In this document: in pieces, positions 1-10,859 of the stretch
How positions within the stretch are numbered: position 1 is the stretch's first letter
How the letters are laid out: each line of letters begins with the position of its first letter
Origin: Octopus bimaculoides
Lineage: Eukaryota
Reading direction: 5' to 3'
Assembly (NCBI RefSeq): GCF_001194135.2
Contig: NC_068983.1
Coordinates: 11,342,713 to 11,383,445, forward strand
Length of the DNA stretch: 40,733 bases
Position numbers and translations under genes: made by a program
The notes under the pieces: generated by a model
Seen by the model: only the letters and a program-made list of their open reading frames with translations
What the model was told of the DNA's origin: nothing
Databases searched by the model: none

Positions 1-38
1 ATGGAAAGCGGACGTTAAACGATGATGATGATGATGAT
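1..38 (+). mobile_element. 3' tail of RTE-clade LINE (cut by window edge)
   Basis: ATGGAAAGCGGACGTTAAAC(GAT)n, the same tail as the copies at 31208 and 34914. Confidence 0.8.
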
Positions 39-55
39 ATATATATATATATATA

Positions 56-446
56 GGTGTAGGAGTGACTGTGTGGTAAGTAGCTTGCTTACCAACAACA
101 TGGTTCCGGGTTCAGTCCCACTGCATGGCATCTTGGGCAAGTGTCTTCTACTATAGCCTTGGGCCGACCAAAGCCTTGTGGGTGGATTTGGTAAACGGAA
201 ACTGAAAGAAGCCCGTTGTATATATGCATATATATATATGTATGTATGTGTCTGTGTTTGTCCCCCCAACATCACTTGACAACCGATACAGGTGTGTTTA
301 CGTCCCCGTAACTTAGCGGTTCAGCAACAGAGACCGATAGAATAAGTACTAGGCTTCCAAAGAATAAGTCCTGGGGTCGATTTGCTCGACTAAAAGGCGG
401 TGCTCCAGCATGGCTACAGTCAAAAGACTGAAACAAGTAAAAGAAT
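56..446 (+). mobile_element. tRNA-derived SINE family A, full length
   Basis: tRNA-like head with A box (TGACTGTGTGG) and B box (GGTTCAGTCC), core CTTGGGCAAGTGTCTTCTACTATAGC, internal (TA/TG) tract and tail GACTGAAACAAGTAAAAGA; near-identical copies at 15811, 20531 and 38405. Confidence 0.9.
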
Positions 447-758
447 ACATACATATATATAGTTAACTAACCTGGAGGTCGAATGTCGCCTGGTCAGCCA
501 GAGTAGATGAAAAACGCAGGGCAACTCCAAGAATTCCTTGGAACTAAAAAGAACAAAGAAAAACACAATATAAACACAAGCACATAATATGGCAATCACT
601 GGTAGAATAAAAAGTAAACACTCAACAAGACAAAACCTTGACCCATTTTATTTTATCAGTTCTTATTTCACTTCACTAACCACTATACCCCTTTCTGCTG
701 AGAAGTATAATTTTTAGGACTGCCCGGTCATCCTCTTGAAATAGTATGACAGTTTTAT

Positions 759-945
759 TATCATCATCATCATCTTAATGTCTACTTTTCCATGCTTGCT
801 ATGAGCCAGATGGAGTTTACTGAAGCAGATTTTTCTACATTTGGACGCCCTTCCAGATGCCAACCCCTGCCTGTTTCCAAACAAGGTAATATTTCCTTCT
901 GGCCAGACATGCTTTCACAGAACATTGAAAATGAATGACATTCAT
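759..945 (-). mobile_element. Decayed RTE-tail repeat (variant subfamily)
   Basis: (ATC)n tail, GCCCTTCC..GCCAAC motif and CAAGGTAATATTTCC..GGCCAGACATG segment shared with 35260-35430. Confidence 0.6.
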
Positions 946-989
946 TTATAAGAATCAAATAATGTCAGACAAACATACACACATAATAC

Positions 990-1024
<35 letters not shown>

Positions 1025-1210
1025 TACACATATAAGGTCATCCCATAAATAATGCAGTTTTTCAATTACATGAACTAAAAGTTGGAGTGGGGGTAGGATA
1101 AACTACCTGCATCAACTGGCTATAAAAGCAGGTAGTAATTTTACCATCTTATTCTTAGTGCAAGTTTTGAAGAGTGAAGTTCGATTTTAAGTGATTTTTT
1201 CAAAGCTCTA

Positions 1211-2171
1211 ATGGAAATGACAAAGGAGCATATTCGGCAAATTTTGTTTTATGAGTTCAATAAAGGCAACAACAAAACGGAAAGTGTGAGGAATATCACT
1301 GCAATATAAGGGGATTGGACAATAAGAGTAAGCCAGTGTCAACAGTGGTTCCAGAAATTTTGAGCCGGAAACTACAGCCTAAAAGACGAGCTTCATCCTG
1401 GAAGATCTGTAGAGCTTGACAAGGATGTCCTGCAAACCCTGGTGGAACAAAATCCCATTGTAACTGTTGAGGAACTTAGCAGAGAAGCTTGGATTTGGTC
1501 ATTCAACCATTCATTGACACTTGTGTGCAGAGAGTAAATGTGTGCTCTTCTTTGTTGTCATGTCTCACGAATGTACATTTTTTGGACCGAATAGTGACTG
1601 GTGATGAGATGAGAAATGGGTTCTCTATAAAAATGTCAAGCACCAAAAACAGTAGGTGGGGTACGGAGAAACAATGGCATCCCAAGCTAAAGAAGGTCTT
1701 CATCTACATAAGATGTTGTTATCGGTTTGGTGGGATATGGAAGGTTTAGTCCACTTTGAACTTTTAAACCCAAATGAAATGATAACAAAGGAGATCTACT
1801 GCGAGCAGCTTGAGTAGTTTAAGTGGGCGCTAGAAGAAAAATGACCATTTACGGTTTCAAAATGAAAGGTGTTCTTCTATCAGGATAATGCTCAGCCACA
1901 TATGCTCAGCGAGGATGACATTCCAAAGGCTGGAGCAGTTTGAATGAGAAATGATGCTCTACCCACCATATTCGCCAGACATTACCCCATCTCATTATCA
2001 TTTATTCCGCAGCCTTCAAAATTTTTTGGATGGAAAAAATAGGAATTCTATAGACGAGGTCAGAACAGTACCGGAGGAGTATTTTTCACCACAGACATGT
2101 GAATTTTGGAAGAGGGACCTTGCAAGTCTACCAGATAGATGGAAGAACATTGTAGAAAATGAAAGAGTGTA
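1211..2171 (+). pseudogene. Mariner transposase pseudogene
   Basis: MEMTKEHIRQILFYEFNKG (HTH), FLDRIVTGDE, QDNAQPH, YPPYSPDITPSHYHLFRSLQNFL, RWKNIVEN; in-frame stops and frameshifts; third catalytic D is H (CAT at 1993). Confidence 0.92.
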
Positions 2172-2250
2172 TCATCATCATCATTTAACGTCCGCTTTCC
2201 ATGCTAGCATGGATTGGACGATTTGACTGTGGACTGGTGGACCAGGAGGC
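2172..2250 (-). mobile_element. Short RTE 3' tail inserted in the mariner transposase C-terminus
   Basis: (ATC)nATTTAACGTCCGCTTTCCATGCTAGCATGG interrupts the frame at ..VENERVY. Confidence 0.85.
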
Positions 2251-2841
2251 AAAAGAACTTGATCTTAATTTTAAAAAATAAAAGAAGTATAAAAAAAAAA
2301 CATTATTTATGGGACAACCCAATATACATACATATATATATCATCATCATCATCACTTAATGTCTGTTGTCCATGCTGGCAGGGGTTGGATGGTGTAAAA
2401 TTATCGTCACTTTACATTAGTTTCCATAGCACAATGGCTAAGTAGGAGCCACAGCTTTAACTTCAAACCTCACTGCTGATAATGTGTTATGCCCAAGACA
2501 AACAACACCAATGCAATTCTTTTGACTTCCAAACCAGTCTTCCTGTGTGGCATTTCACTTTCTCCTTCCACCTTTCAAAAGTCATCTCCTCACTTGTCAA
2601 CTCTAGGTCTATACTTTATTGTGTCCATGTGTATGAATATTTAGGTACACACATATCAATACATGTATATATTCGTGGGCATGTGCATATGCATATATTT
2701 AAGTGGCAGCAATTGCACCCATCTGCAAAGCTATAACTACTATCTTACGTCCTTAATTTTTTCTTACTCTCTACTTTGTCAGCTTCTGTGTGGTCAAATG
2801 TAAGTATATGCTAATGAGTTTCACTGTGCCTGAATGCATAT

Positions 2842-3036
2842 ATCATCATGAGTTTTACATCCATTTTCCATGCAGGCATGAGTTGGACAATTTATCATGG
2901 TCCAAGTCAATTCTTATAGGGAATTACTGCCCACATAGACAAGTGTTTTTTTCCCCTTTTAATCAGGTTTCTATGGCTAGATGCTCTTCCTAGCAGCAAC
3001 CATTTTGAAGAGTGTACTGGGTGCATTATATTGTGG
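2842..3036 (-). mobile_element. Decayed RTE 3' tail
   Basis: ATCATC..CATTTTCCATGCAGGCATGAGTTGGAC and GATGCTCTTCCTAG..AACCA..GAGTGTACTGGGTGC motifs. Confidence 0.55.
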
Positions 3037-3641
3037 TTTTAACTCTGGAACAATGTAGGTCTTTTGCAAAGACCTTCAAACGTAAGGCTGGTTCCCTAGT
3101 CTTATTTTTGTGATTCAGAAGTGTGGCCTGTCAAATATGCCATTGAAGTTCATTTTTCAGAAAAACTAGTAATCAGTTTACAACAAATGCACAGGCCTTC
3201 TTAGCTAATAGCATTTACATTAAAAAAGGAAACAAAAAAAAGGAACTTCATTCTGATTGGACAAGCTTGGAGAAAATCTACTATACCACTGGCCACTGCA
3301 TGGTTAAAATATTTAAGGGTTTAGAATTGATTCCATTACAATAAAATCCCTGTTCTAATCCACTTGTTAAGGATACAATTCACAACCAACCTTTCCAACC
3401 AACTCATCTCCATCAATATGATGAAGCATGTTTGTCAATTCAGTTACCATCCCATCTGATCCAGAATACAAACCTGCATCATCAAATAACTTTTCTAAGT
3501 TATTTTAATATTGATTCAAACTCAAAGGGCATCCAAACATAGAACACTGCTTCAAGAAGCCTCATGCAACCTGTACTAGCAAAGAAAAGTAGTCATCATG
3601 ATATAACTTCATGGTTTTTAGTGTTTTTATTTTCTCATGTT

Positions 3642-3892
3642 GGTGCCATATAAAAAGCACCAGTACTGGTACCACGTTAAAATCACTGGTACTGGTACCA
3701 CGTTAAAAGCACTGGTGCCACATAAAAAGCACCCAGTATGCTATGTAAAGTTATTGGCATTAGGAAGGGCATCCTGCTAAAGAAACCATGCCAAAACAGT
3801 CATTAAAGCTGGGTGTGGGCCCCTGGCCTTACTAGCTACTATCAAATCGTCCAACCCATGCCAGCATGGAAAACGAACGTTAAATGATGATG
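3642..3892 (+). mobile_element. RTE 3' tail with short tandem GGTGCCACGTAAAAAGCAC-like units
   Basis: Four short units, then TGGCATTAGGAAGGGCATCC and CCAACCCATGCCAGCATGGAAAACGAACGTTAAATGATGATG. Confidence 0.8.
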
Positions 3893-4070
3893 TTGGTATT
3901 TTAGTACAGAATTATAGTTTCAAGCTTAGGATGGATTTTAAGAATATTTACAAGGAAAAAAATTATGCTAGTTCTGTACAAGGCGCTTGTTCTCGGGTAT
4001 CCAAATAATCCCTTCAAAATGCCTATGGGATTAGAAACAGTCCCCACAGCATAAAGAGATTGAGACTTTT

Positions 4071-4283
4071 ATGACTACACCACAAGGTGAAAATGAGACA
4101 TACAAATCCACGAGCAAGTCACCACTGCAAAATCCTAAAAATTCCACTCTATCTCTCGCAATTAGGGACTACATAGGGCGATATCCTATGATTCAAAACA
4201 CCGCAGTTCTTTTACAGCACATTCCGGATGACTCTACATTGCAGCACCAAATACAGAGAAGAGCTGCAAAAGCAAACTTCATG
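4071..4283 (+). CDS. Candidate first exon of an unidentified gene (coding, or 5'UTR ending in ATG)
   Basis: Non-repetitive CpG-containing segment; 71 open codons ending ..RRAAKANFM directly before a consensus donor ATG|GTAAGT; no protein family recognised. Confidence 0.3.
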
Positions 4284-6451
4284 GTAAGTGCCCCAGCATG
4301 GTCACAATCGGAAGTTAGAAAAAAGTAACCAAGTACGGAAATAATATCATCAGGGTCAAACACGTTGAATTAAGATTATATCGGATAGAAAGTGTCAGAC
4401 AAAATACTGTGTAGTATTTATGCCCCTTTACGTTCCGAGTTCAAATCACGCCCAGTACTAAGGTCGATATAATTTATTGTAACATTAAAGACAATCTCAT
4501 AGTATGGCGAGATATTTAACTGGTTACAGTCTAATGACTAAAACCAGTTAAATATTAAAAGAAAGAAGACTTTGAATTTCAAAATGGCTATAGAATATAA
4601 TTTCAGAGGGTTACATAATCAACCTCAATCAAAGTTATTTTATCAGCGAAAATTATTACGAGGAAGAAATTAGTTCGCAAACCTATCACATCATATAATT
4701 ATTTGTGCAATGTAAATAGGTGTAACTAAACAATCAACAACAGGTAGCTATTACAATTTTTTTTTAATCATAGAAAAGAAAAGTGATAGACGAATATAGT
4801 CAAAACGAATCTCTCAGGTTAAAGCAATTGGAGATTACATGCTAAGTTTATATAATACAATACCAAAAAAATAGTCTACAAATTGTAAAGACTAAACATT
4901 TTGAGGGTTAATGTTCACATTTCATGTCTTCACTATCTGACCTTACGGAAATATTAATTAATTTCCTTTTTAAACTAGAAGAGTTGTCTGTTATCCTAAA
5001 TCATATTAATAAGAGAATGTCCTTGGGAAAGTCATGTGCATCGTGCAAATCACCTTACTACATCTAACAGTACAAATTTGAGGAATGAATGCAATATCGT
5101 AAACCAATCATAACTAACAGGGCAGTTGGTTTGTAATAGATGTTGACTGCTTCTGGACACTGGTAATAATTTGACTTGGTCGACTGAATTAATTCAAAAG
5201 ATAATACACCAAGTATTGCACCCTGAGATTAACACGTACTAAAATTACATTCGAATTTTCTAAATGAATGAGACGAAATTTTATCCTTCGCTCACTTTTA
5301 AAGATGATCTTTCAAACTAATAAACGAAACCCTCTTCACGGTAATTGCCATACAGAATTCGCTATCTGGTTTCGATTTCCAGTCGTGTCACTGAAGAGCC
5401 TTAGGAAAAACCACGTTTCTTGTTCTCCAAGGCATTAGTAATGGTATTACTGTTATTTATCGATACGTGTGTCTGAGTGGTAAAGATTATAAGTATATAT
5501 GTAACAAATCAATATATATATATATATTTACAAGCTAGTTTAGCTTTAAAAAATGTCAAAGCAAAATCATTTTCAATGCTAAGCTGGGTTTATTTGTGTT
5601 TGACAATGCAACTTATAGCTAGCTGGAGGTCATTTAAGGTAAATGTTTTAGCAGTCAGAGACCACCATAACAGAAATTAACACATTATGTTCATAGTAAC
5701 CATTCATTTAGACAACTAAGGGTGTGTATAAGAGTTCTATAAGAAAGTCTGAACTATGTATATTCAAACAAAGGGTGTTACACACCTGTGGATGTATATA
5801 ACATTAGTGCAGCGGTAGAGCTGAGCGTTTAGAGGTGAATGTGGGCATAGATTTGTAAACAAATCACAGAAACATTTGAATGATTTAAAGATAAAAAATT
5901 ACACATTGTTCAGAAAATATAAGCAATCGTTATTTAGATAGAATTAGCTAATACACAATAATTCCAGCTTTAAAATTGCACATATATATATCCGTTGTAA
6001 AGCCTTCAATACAATGATTGCATCTATGTATGATTCGCCCACATCATAAATTGACCTTGGACGAAGAAAAGAAAGACTATTCACGGATGTATATAGTGTA
6101 TGTAAATATATCGAACAATACAAACCTGGCTGAGTCCTTTCGATGCGCATTGTAAGGCGAGCATAATGGCAGTTCAGTTTTTTTTATAAAAAAAAAAACC
6201 CAGAACAGCCACGGTCAGTCAGACTCAGATAAGACGAACTCGTAAAGGAGCCGCTAATAAGTGATGGGTGGGGTTTATCGAAAACCTGATGGGGATATAT
6301 AATTACAAGGCGAGAGGAAACGAAACGAAATTAACGTTTTTTAATTCGCAACAATTCAATAATCTCATAAAAATATAGGTCACGCAAACAAGCAAATGTA
6401 AATACATTTAATTTAATAAAATATATTTGGACACACACATATATATATATA

Positions 6452-6630
6452 TAGTGGTTCGGGTGTTGAGCTAACGATTGAAATATCTTCGGTTTAGTTC
6501 TTGGACCGAGTGGCATGCTGTGTCTTTCAGCAGAAAACTTCGTTTCACTTTGTTCATGTTAACTAGGCTGAAAATGAGGACCGGCAATAGCTGGGGGTTA
6601 ACCCTGCGGTACACTGGTGTCCCATGGAAG
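6452..6630 (+). mobile_element. Decayed tRNA-headed SINE (family E)
   Basis: GTGGTT..GGTTTAGTTC head, TGTGTCTTTCAGCAGAAAACTT core and AACCCTGCGGTACACTGGTGTCCCAT segment, similar to 8314-8543. Confidence 0.5.
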
Positions 6631-7293
6631 CTCTTGTACACTCAGTTCCTCACTCACATGGATCATGAAGAAGAAGCTATTTTCTGTCCAATTATTAAAT
6701 ATCACGATTTACTCTGAGGGTATATCTACAGTTTGAGGCTCTACACCCGCCAACTTTATTTCTTCATACATTTCTGAAAACATTTTTTTTATAGCATTTT
6801 GAAGTGACACGTTCCGAGGATATAGATGAGAGGTATGTTGATAATGTTAAAATGTTAGTGAGGTGTTTCTTTATAACTTCCTTTATAATGCATTAAAATG
6901 ACCCATTTCATGAGTGTAGACCACGTAATATTGATGTTTCAAACATAAATCTAAAAAAAGAATGATCCAAAACTGCCAAAAATCTTTTTTTTTTTAATTT
7001 TATCAACGTAATTGTTAAGAAAACTCTCGAAAATTTATCCTAAAAATTTTATTTTAAAAAGATATAGAGGGGCTACCAAAGTGTAGTTATGCTTCTGAGA
7101 TATCCTACAGTTGTTTTATTTGTTACTGGGCTGATAGAATGATAATGGGATAGTAAGAAAAATCAGGACGAAGGCAAGCAGCATTTCATCAACACGTTCT
7201 GTTCGTTTTCATGGTGAAGCGAATGATAAATTCGTTGAAAATCCATTGACCAAACGGATTTTCATTATAATTCTATTTTTCGAGCACCAAGAT

Positions 7294-7466
7294 ATAATCT
7301 TTTCTTCTCTAGGCACAAGGCCCGACATTTTGAGGGAGGGGCCAGTCGATTAGATCGACCCAGTACGCAACAGGTACTTAATTTATCGACCCCGAAAGGA
7401 TGAAAAGCAGAGTCGACCTCGGCGGAATTTGAACTCAGAGCGTAAGAACAGACGAAATCCGACTAA
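7294..7466 (-). mobile_element. tRNA-derived SINE family C (5' truncated)
   Basis: Revcomp GAGTTCAAATTCCGCCGAGGTCGAC..TCATCCTTTCGGGGTCGATAAATTAAGTACC, matching 7626 and 7842. Confidence 0.85.
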
Positions 7467-7625
7467 AATGTGCACGTAATTTGTTTTTCAAACCTAATAG
7501 TACACGATCAGAAACAGCTATATGTGGAGCTGTTGCCGTAGCAACAAAACTACAAAATCCATTAATGTTGCACATAGATACAGTTATAATTTTATGTAAA
7601 TTTTTTATTATTATTATTATAATTT

Positions 7626-7841
7626 GCAAGGCGGCGAGCTGGCAGAAACGTTAGCACGCCGGGCGAAATGCTTACCGGTATTTCGTCTGCCATTACGTTC
7701 TGAGTTCAAATTCCGCCGAGGTCGACTTTGCTTTCATCCTTTCGGGGTCGATAAATTAAGTACCAGTTACGCACTGGGGTCGATGTAATCGACTTGTTTG
7801 TCCCTTCTGTGTTTAGCCCCTTGTGGGCAATAAAGAAATAA
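7626..7841 (+). mobile_element. tRNA-derived SINE family C, full length
   Basis: GCAAGGCGGCGAGCTGGCAGAAACG head (A box-like), B box GAGTTCAAATTCC and GGGGTCGAT repeats. Confidence 0.88.
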
Positions 7842-8004
7842 GTATTTCGTTTGTTCTGAATTCAAATTCCGCCGAGGTCGACTTTGTCTTTCATCCTTTC
7901 GGGGTCGATAAATTAAGTACCAGTTGCGTACTTGGGTCGATCTACTCGACTAATCCACTCCCCCAAAATTTCAGGCCTTGTGCCTAGAGTAGAAAAGGTT
8001 ATTA
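7842..8004 (+). mobile_element. tRNA-derived SINE family C, second tandem partial copy
   Basis: Repeats TTCAAATTCCGCCGAGGTCGAC..TTAAGTACCAGTT; its tail GGCCTTGTGCCTAGAG matches the 7294 copy. Confidence 0.85.
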
Positions 8005-8145
8005 TAATTTGCATAGAGGGAAGTTGAGTAGCATGTTTCCTATGCAACAGAAAAACATTACGTTTGGCTGGTTTTATCATATAGCACACACTACAACGAT
8101 AGCTGTTATAGTCACTGCGACTCAATGAGGAAGTATTCATGAGAT

Positions 8146-8272
8146 CACCTGATTTGCTAGATCTAGCAGCCAAATTCTCTTAACGCCCGACGTCACAGAA
8201 AGAAAGCATTGCAAAATGGGCCATGCACTCTTATGTACATAGAGTAAAAAACTGGATGGTTACGCCTGGAAA
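8146..8272. repeat. Interspersed repeat family F fragment
   Basis: CACCTGATTTGCTAGATCTAGCAGCCAAAT, similar to 16544 (CACCTAACTTGCTAAAAATAGCAG) and 28549 (CCTCGACTTGCTTAAAATCGCAACTAAATC). Confidence 0.5.
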
Positions 8273-8313
8273 GAGAGAGATATAAGTTAATAATAGGTAA
8301 TTGAAAGAGAAGT

Positions 8314-8543
8314 GAGGCATGTGACTTTGTGGTTAGGGTATTAGACTCATAATCGTAAGATTAAGATTTCAGGTCCTGGACCGGGCAAAATGCTTTATTT
8401 CATGTTTTTCCAGTCTGTTTCAGCTGGCAAAAATGAATCCTACAACGGACCTGTGTCCCATCTAAAGGGAAAATATATACACCACAGAAACTGGGAAAGT
8501 GACCGTATGAGTCTGTATGACTCTGGAAGAATCCTTATCCTTT
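8314..8543 (+). mobile_element. Decayed tRNA-headed SINE (family E)
   Basis: GAGGCATGTGACTTTGTGGTTAGGG head, TTTCAGGTCC B-box remnant, CAGCTGGCAAAAATGA core, CCTACAACGGACCTGTGTCCCATC segment. Confidence 0.55.
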
Positions 8544-9285
8544 TGAATAGGAAGAGTAAGAGTGGATTGTGGATGTTAGAGGAGAGGAATGGACGAGAGA
8601 GTAAGAATGAGTAAAAAAGAGCAGAATGGATTGAATATGGACATCTGATCCTTATGACACCGCTCTTTACATATTAAGCATAATAGAAAGGGTTTAATTT
8701 TTAGTAAAAAAGGGCAATTAGTGTAATTAGAAGGGTAATAATAGAGATGGTTGGATTTGAAATACAGAAAATATATAGAGCTTAATACATTTGACTTTTT
8801 CTCTCTAAAAGAGTAAAAGAGTAAAAAGAATTTTTTAACCCAATTTGTTCCAACACACAAATTCCCATAAAGAATCTTGCAAACCAGATACAAAAACAAA
8901 GTGTAGATATATAAAATATAAAATAACAAGGTGACTAGACATAATATAAACCAAAAGGGGGGAAATTCAATTGTCACTAATAGTGAGGAGGGTGCAGGGT
9001 TGCACCTACATTGCTAGAAACAAGAGTCAAAGACCCTTATAGCCACAAAAAGCACATTACCTATTATGTACTGACAGGGGAGATAACTGCCCCACAATGA
9101 ATGAGCTCACTATACTAGCAAGCTACAGTGATTAGTCCATCACTTATGGTTAAGCTAAATCCTACCTATATATATATATAATATAATATAGGATAAAATC
9201 TTTATAAGAATTTATCAAGTAGTCAGCATGAAAAAAATTCATCATTTTTTTCATAAATATATATAATTTATATAAAGGGCATTAA

Positions 9286-9415
9286 CTGTGTAGTAAATGT
9301 TTTTAAGAGATAAATTTTGAAAGCTGCATTCCCTCGCTTTCGGTAAATATGTTGCTTATTTTTTGGTAGTTTTTGACTTATTTAGTCCCTCGAAGCGTGA
9401 GGCATTACTACACAG
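9286..9415. mobile_element. Small MITE-like element
   Basis: Perfect 14-bp inverted match TAACTGTGTAGTAA (9283-9296) / TTACTACACAGTTA (9405-9418), with TTAA and TTAT (or TA) flanks. Confidence 0.5.
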
Positions 9416-9662
9416 TTATATATATATATATTTAAAAAAAAAATTTTTTTTTATAGTTTCAGCTTAGAGCTGCGGCCATGCTGATATATATGTATGTATA
9501 CATATATAGTAAAATTTTATATTCAGGTGCATGATGGGTTGAAACAATCGTAATAGTTCTAAATAAAGTCTAGTGAATTTCATTCTCTGTCTCTTTATAT
9601 TATATATATATGTGTGTCCACACACTCACACACATGTGTGCACACACACACACACACACATA

Positions 9663-9828
9663 TAGTTGAGCAGTATATCCTTGGCTATGGCATATGAATA
9701 ATCAGACAGTTACCATTGGTTTCATGTCTGCTACTGCACTTGGCGATATAAGTGACTCATCAGACCTGCTGGCCAGAAGCACACAGCCTGTTTAGTAATG
9801 GAGATAAATACAGTCTTGATCAGTTTGG
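9663..9828 (-). ncRNA. Hammerhead ribozyme-containing repeat, copy 1 (type I, Penelope/retrozyme-like)
   Basis: Minus strand: stem I CCAGCAGGT, core CTGATGA (9763-9757), stem II GT-CACTT..AAGTG..AT, GAAAC (9723-9719), stem III ACCA-A-TGGT, GUA triplet, stem I' ACTGTCTG. Confidence 0.6.
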
Positions 9829-10373
9829 TAGTCTACAAAGCAGGAGTTGTATCCAGCAAAAGCAGCGATGAAAGGACACACACGCATACACATACACAGA
9901 AATGTGGTGGAGCAATAGAGGGCCCCTTTATGACCAGGCTAAATAACCACAGGTCCTCTGTTAAAATCTGAGAAAGGTGCAACATTAAAATATTAGCCAG
10001 CTATATATACGGTGATTAAAAGATGAGGAAAAGCCATACAAAGTTTAACTGTAAGTGGCAGGAACAACCTGGGCCATACCTCAGTGGAAGCAGATGCGGC
10101 AAACTTTGCTTAGCCTAGAGGATAATGATCCTAAAATATTTGCCCAATGTGGGTACCTTCTAGAGTTCAAAGAGTGAAATTTTTTGTCAATGCCTTCATG
10201 ACAGGAAATTCACTTTGGAAACTCAGTCTTCCCTGTTTGCAAACTAGAGGCTGAGAAGAAACACACACACACAAACTGACCCATTTTCAACACAGCTGGA
10301 ATGGTTCAAGAAGAGGTAACCCTTTCACTCTTAGAATGTTTTTTTTGTTTTGTTTCAGTTTTCTTTCACCCTT

Positions 10374-10508
10374 AAACTGACCAAAACTGTATTTTCTTAC
10401 TTACATTAAGGAAGAGGCTATGTGCTTCAGCAGGTCTGGTGAGTCACCTATAATGCTAAGTGCAATTGTATGCTATAACTGTAATGAAGTATATATACTA
10501 TTCAACTA
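10374..10508 (+). repeat. Hammerhead repeat copy 2 (core mutated, GAAAC/stem III deleted)
   Basis: AAACTGACCAAAACTGTATTT..GGCTATGTGCTTCAGCAGGT CTGGTGA GTCAC..AAGTGCA..TATACTATTCAACTA aligns to copy 1. Confidence 0.6.
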
Positions 10509-10527
10509 CATAAATATTATATTCTTG

Positions 10528-10686
10528 AGTATATTCCTGTTTATGGCATACAACTGGTCAAAATGTTATCATCAGTTTCATGCCAACTGTTGCACTTTAC
10601 AATAATAATGACTCTTCAGACTTGCTGGCTGGGAGAGCATAGCTTCTTGTATACTGAAGGTAAATATATAGTCCTGGTTCACTTGG
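10528..10686 (-). ncRNA. Hammerhead repeat copy 3
   Basis: Minus strand CCAGCAAGT CTGAAGA GTC..AAAGTGCA..GGCAT GAAAC TGATGATA; stems III and I' degenerate; flanks align to copy 1. Confidence 0.55.
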
Positions 10687-10859
10687 TGATATTAAAAAAA
10701 AAAACTGGAATGAAAACACTTTGAAAATTTATATATCATTTTCTGGTGGGGAAAGAAGATTCAACTGTCATGGAAAGACATCAGTTGCAGCCAAAGGGTG
10801 ACAGCTGTGCATGTGTACTTGTTTGTCATCCAATAGTCTGAAAAAGAATATGACCATAT

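Larger units (their letters stand above)
1033..2322 (+). mobile_element. Mariner (Tc1/mariner, D,D34D type) transposon, near full length, inactive
   Basis: 22-bp TIRs (TAAGGTCATCCCATAAATAATG vs revcomp TTGGGTTGTCCCATAAATAATG, 18/22) flanked by TA at 1031-1032 and 2323-2324; length ~1.3 kb; transposase motifs inside. Confidence 0.93.

Noticed and set aside
56-135. tRNA gene calls at SINE heads (also 7626, 18421, 16130-16203, 38770-38843)
   Set aside because: A and B boxes are present, but no closed cloverleaf forms and each runs into a SINE body
5366-5420. CTGAAGAGCCTTAGGAAAAAC hammerhead-like string
   Set aside because: The C11.1/G12 positions are missing (AA instead of CG) and stem I does not close in either type I or type III topology
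6659-6774. Minus-strand exon MYEEIKLAGVEPQTVDIPSE*
   Set aside because: Weak polypyrimidine tract, no recognisable family and no linked exons
8560-9160. Purine-rich segment with a possibly decayed retroelement frame
   Set aside because: Many stops in all frames and no diagnostic motif I could name
10395-10660. Apparent small exons on both strands (e.g. GDSPDLLKHIASSL, LAGWESIASCILK)
   Set aside because: They lie within the hammerhead repeat copies, so the splice-like signals are repeat-derived
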